From a virus: a DNA stretch of 64,000 bases. Location: positions 375 through 64,374 of the IMG/VR virus record IMGVR_UViG_3300020060_000011, one strand, 5' to 3'. The position numbers and the translations under genes are program-made. Under the pieces are notes generated by a model. The model worked only from the letters and a program-made list of their open reading frames with translations, was not told where the DNA came from and searched no databases. Shown here one piece after another: positions 62,686 through 64,000 of the stretch; position 1 is the first letter of the stretch; every line of letters begins with the position of its first letter.

Positions 62686-64000
62686 ACCTCTCGCCGAACT
62701 GCCCCATCAACCTGCCGGTCCTGCTAGAAACGCGCGCGCTCGTCGTCGCCAACAGCGGCGGTGGCAAGTCTTACGCACTGCGTCGTCTGCTCGAACAGAC
62801 GGCGCCCCACGTGCAGCAGATCGTGATCGACCCGGAAGGGGAGTTCGCAACGCTGCGCGAAAAATTCGACTACGTGATCGCCGCGCCGCACGACGGCGAT
62901 GCGCTGGCCTCGGTGAAGACGGCCGCGGTGCTGGCGCGCCGGCTGATGGAGACCGGTGTCAGTGCGATCATCGACATCTACGACATGCCGGCGCATGAGC
63001 GGCAACGGTTCGTCAAGCTGTTCCTGGACGCGCTGGTCAACGCTCCGCGCGAGCTGTGGCATCCGGTCATGATCGTGCTCGACGAAGCGCACGTGTTCTG
63101 TCCGCAGAACGGCGATGCCGAGGCGCAGGGCGCGGTGACGGACGTCGCCACGCGCGGCCGGAAACGCGGGCAGTGCTTGGTGTTGGCAACGCAGCGGTTG
63201 AGCAAGCTCCATAAAGACACTGCCGCCGAGATGATCAATAAGCTCATCGGCCGCACGTCGATCGACGTCGATCGGAAGCGCGCGGCGGACGAACTGGGCA
63301 TGACGGCGAAGGAAGCCGTGGAGATCCTGCGCCGGCTCGAGCCCGGTGAGTTCTACGCCCTCGGCCCTGCGCTGACCGGCGACGTTACCAAGATCAAGAT
63401 CGGCAAGGTTGCGACTTCGCACCCGAAGCCGGGGGACCGGCTTATGAAAGCGCCGCCGGCACCTAGCCCTGCGATCAGGAAGCAGTTGGCGAAGCTCGCG
63501 GACCTGCAGAAGGTCGCAGAGGAAGACGCGAAGACGACAGCGGGGCTGATGGGCACCGTCGCGCGGTTGAAGGACGAAAATGCGCAGCTAAAGCGTAGTG
63601 CTCAGAAGCCGGTCGTCGACAAGGCAGCCGAACAACTGGCATTCGACAGCGGGTTCGCAGGCGGGCAGGTCGAAGCGGAAAAGTACTACAAGCCCGCGAT
63701 CGCCGCGTTGCAAAAGAAGTTAGCGAAGATTGCGCAGCTGATCGCGATCGAAGACATCGCGCCGGCAGCGTCGGTCGAAGTACGGGCGCTGCCGCCGAAG
63801 CTCGTAGCAAAGCCGGACACGTCGGTACTTAGTGATGAACCGTACAGCGTCGCTCGGCGATTTGCCGAAGCGCAGCAGCCGCTGCGGCAAATCAACGGCG
63901 ACACGCCGCAGCTCCGTTCCGGCGCGCGGCGCATCCTACAGGAACTGGCTGCGCGCCATCCCGCCGGTTATTCGAAACCGCAGGTCGGCGCACTGACCAA
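62682..64000 (+). CDS. HerA/FtsK-like (DUF87) ATPase, truncated by the window end
   Basis: ANSGGGKS, IDPEGE, LDEAH, GRKRG, LATQR; absent from the track because it has no stop in the window. Confidence 0.88.
   Translation, partial: MNLSPNCPINLPVLLETRALVVANSGGGKSYALRRLLEQTAPHVQQIVIDPEGEFATLREKFDYVIAAPHDGDALASVKTAAVLARRLMETGVSAIIDIYDMPAHERQRFVKLFLDALVNAPRELWHPVMIVLDEAHVFCPQNGDAEAQGAVTDVATRGRKRGQCLVLATQRLSKLHKDTAAEMINKLIGRTSIDVDRKRAADELGMTAKEAVEILRRLEPGEFYALGPALTGDVTKIKIGKVATSHPKPGDRLMKAPPAPSPAIRKQLAKLADLQKVAEEDAKTTAGLMGTVARLKDENAQLKRSAQKPVVDKAAEQLAFDSGFAGGQVEAEKYYKPAIAALQKKLAKIAQLIAIEDIAPAASVEVRALPPKLVAKPDTSVLSDEPYSVARRFAEAQQPLRQINGDTPQLRSGARRILQELAARHPAGYSKPQVGALT

Overview
The window is almost entirely one high-GC (roughly two-thirds by eye) tailed-phage genome or prophage with podovirus-type architecture; no host housekeeping genes, rRNA or CRISPR arrays were seen. 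Positions ~490-37950 are minus-strand late genes. Read from right to left they are: an accessory head/tail-fibre module, a lysis cassette, TerS, TerL, a P22/N4-type portal, scaffold, an N4-gp56/DUF4043-type major capsid protein, adaptor and nozzle, tail proteins, and internal/ejection proteins including a 2373-aa giant. No tape-measure gene is evident. Positions ~38270-64000 are plus-strand early and replication genes: many small ORFs behind a repeated leader element, an AT-rich repeat array with a DnaA box, an Arc-like regulator with a tyrosine integrase, a 5'-half tRNA-Ser, primase-SF3 helicase, a Cas4-like nuclease, SNF2 helicase, HNH, family A DNA polymerase, SSB-like protein, VRR-NUC and a HerA-like ATPase that runs off the window end. 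The plus-strand ORFs at 16-431 ending in a terminator suggest this unit wraps around a circular or permuted genome. The most notable unexplained items are a ~470-nt densely base-paired non-coding region at 51177-51650 (candidate large ncRNA), a lone 5'-half tRNA-Ser(UGA) with a -10 box (candidate unusual attP), a second protein carrying a copy of the scaffold's C-terminal peptide, a CAP/SCP domain inside a tail protein, and five copies of a two-hairpin early leader element. Family names are from motif recognition by eye, not database searches. Many starts were moved downstream of the supplied ORF track using RBS and stop/start overlaps.
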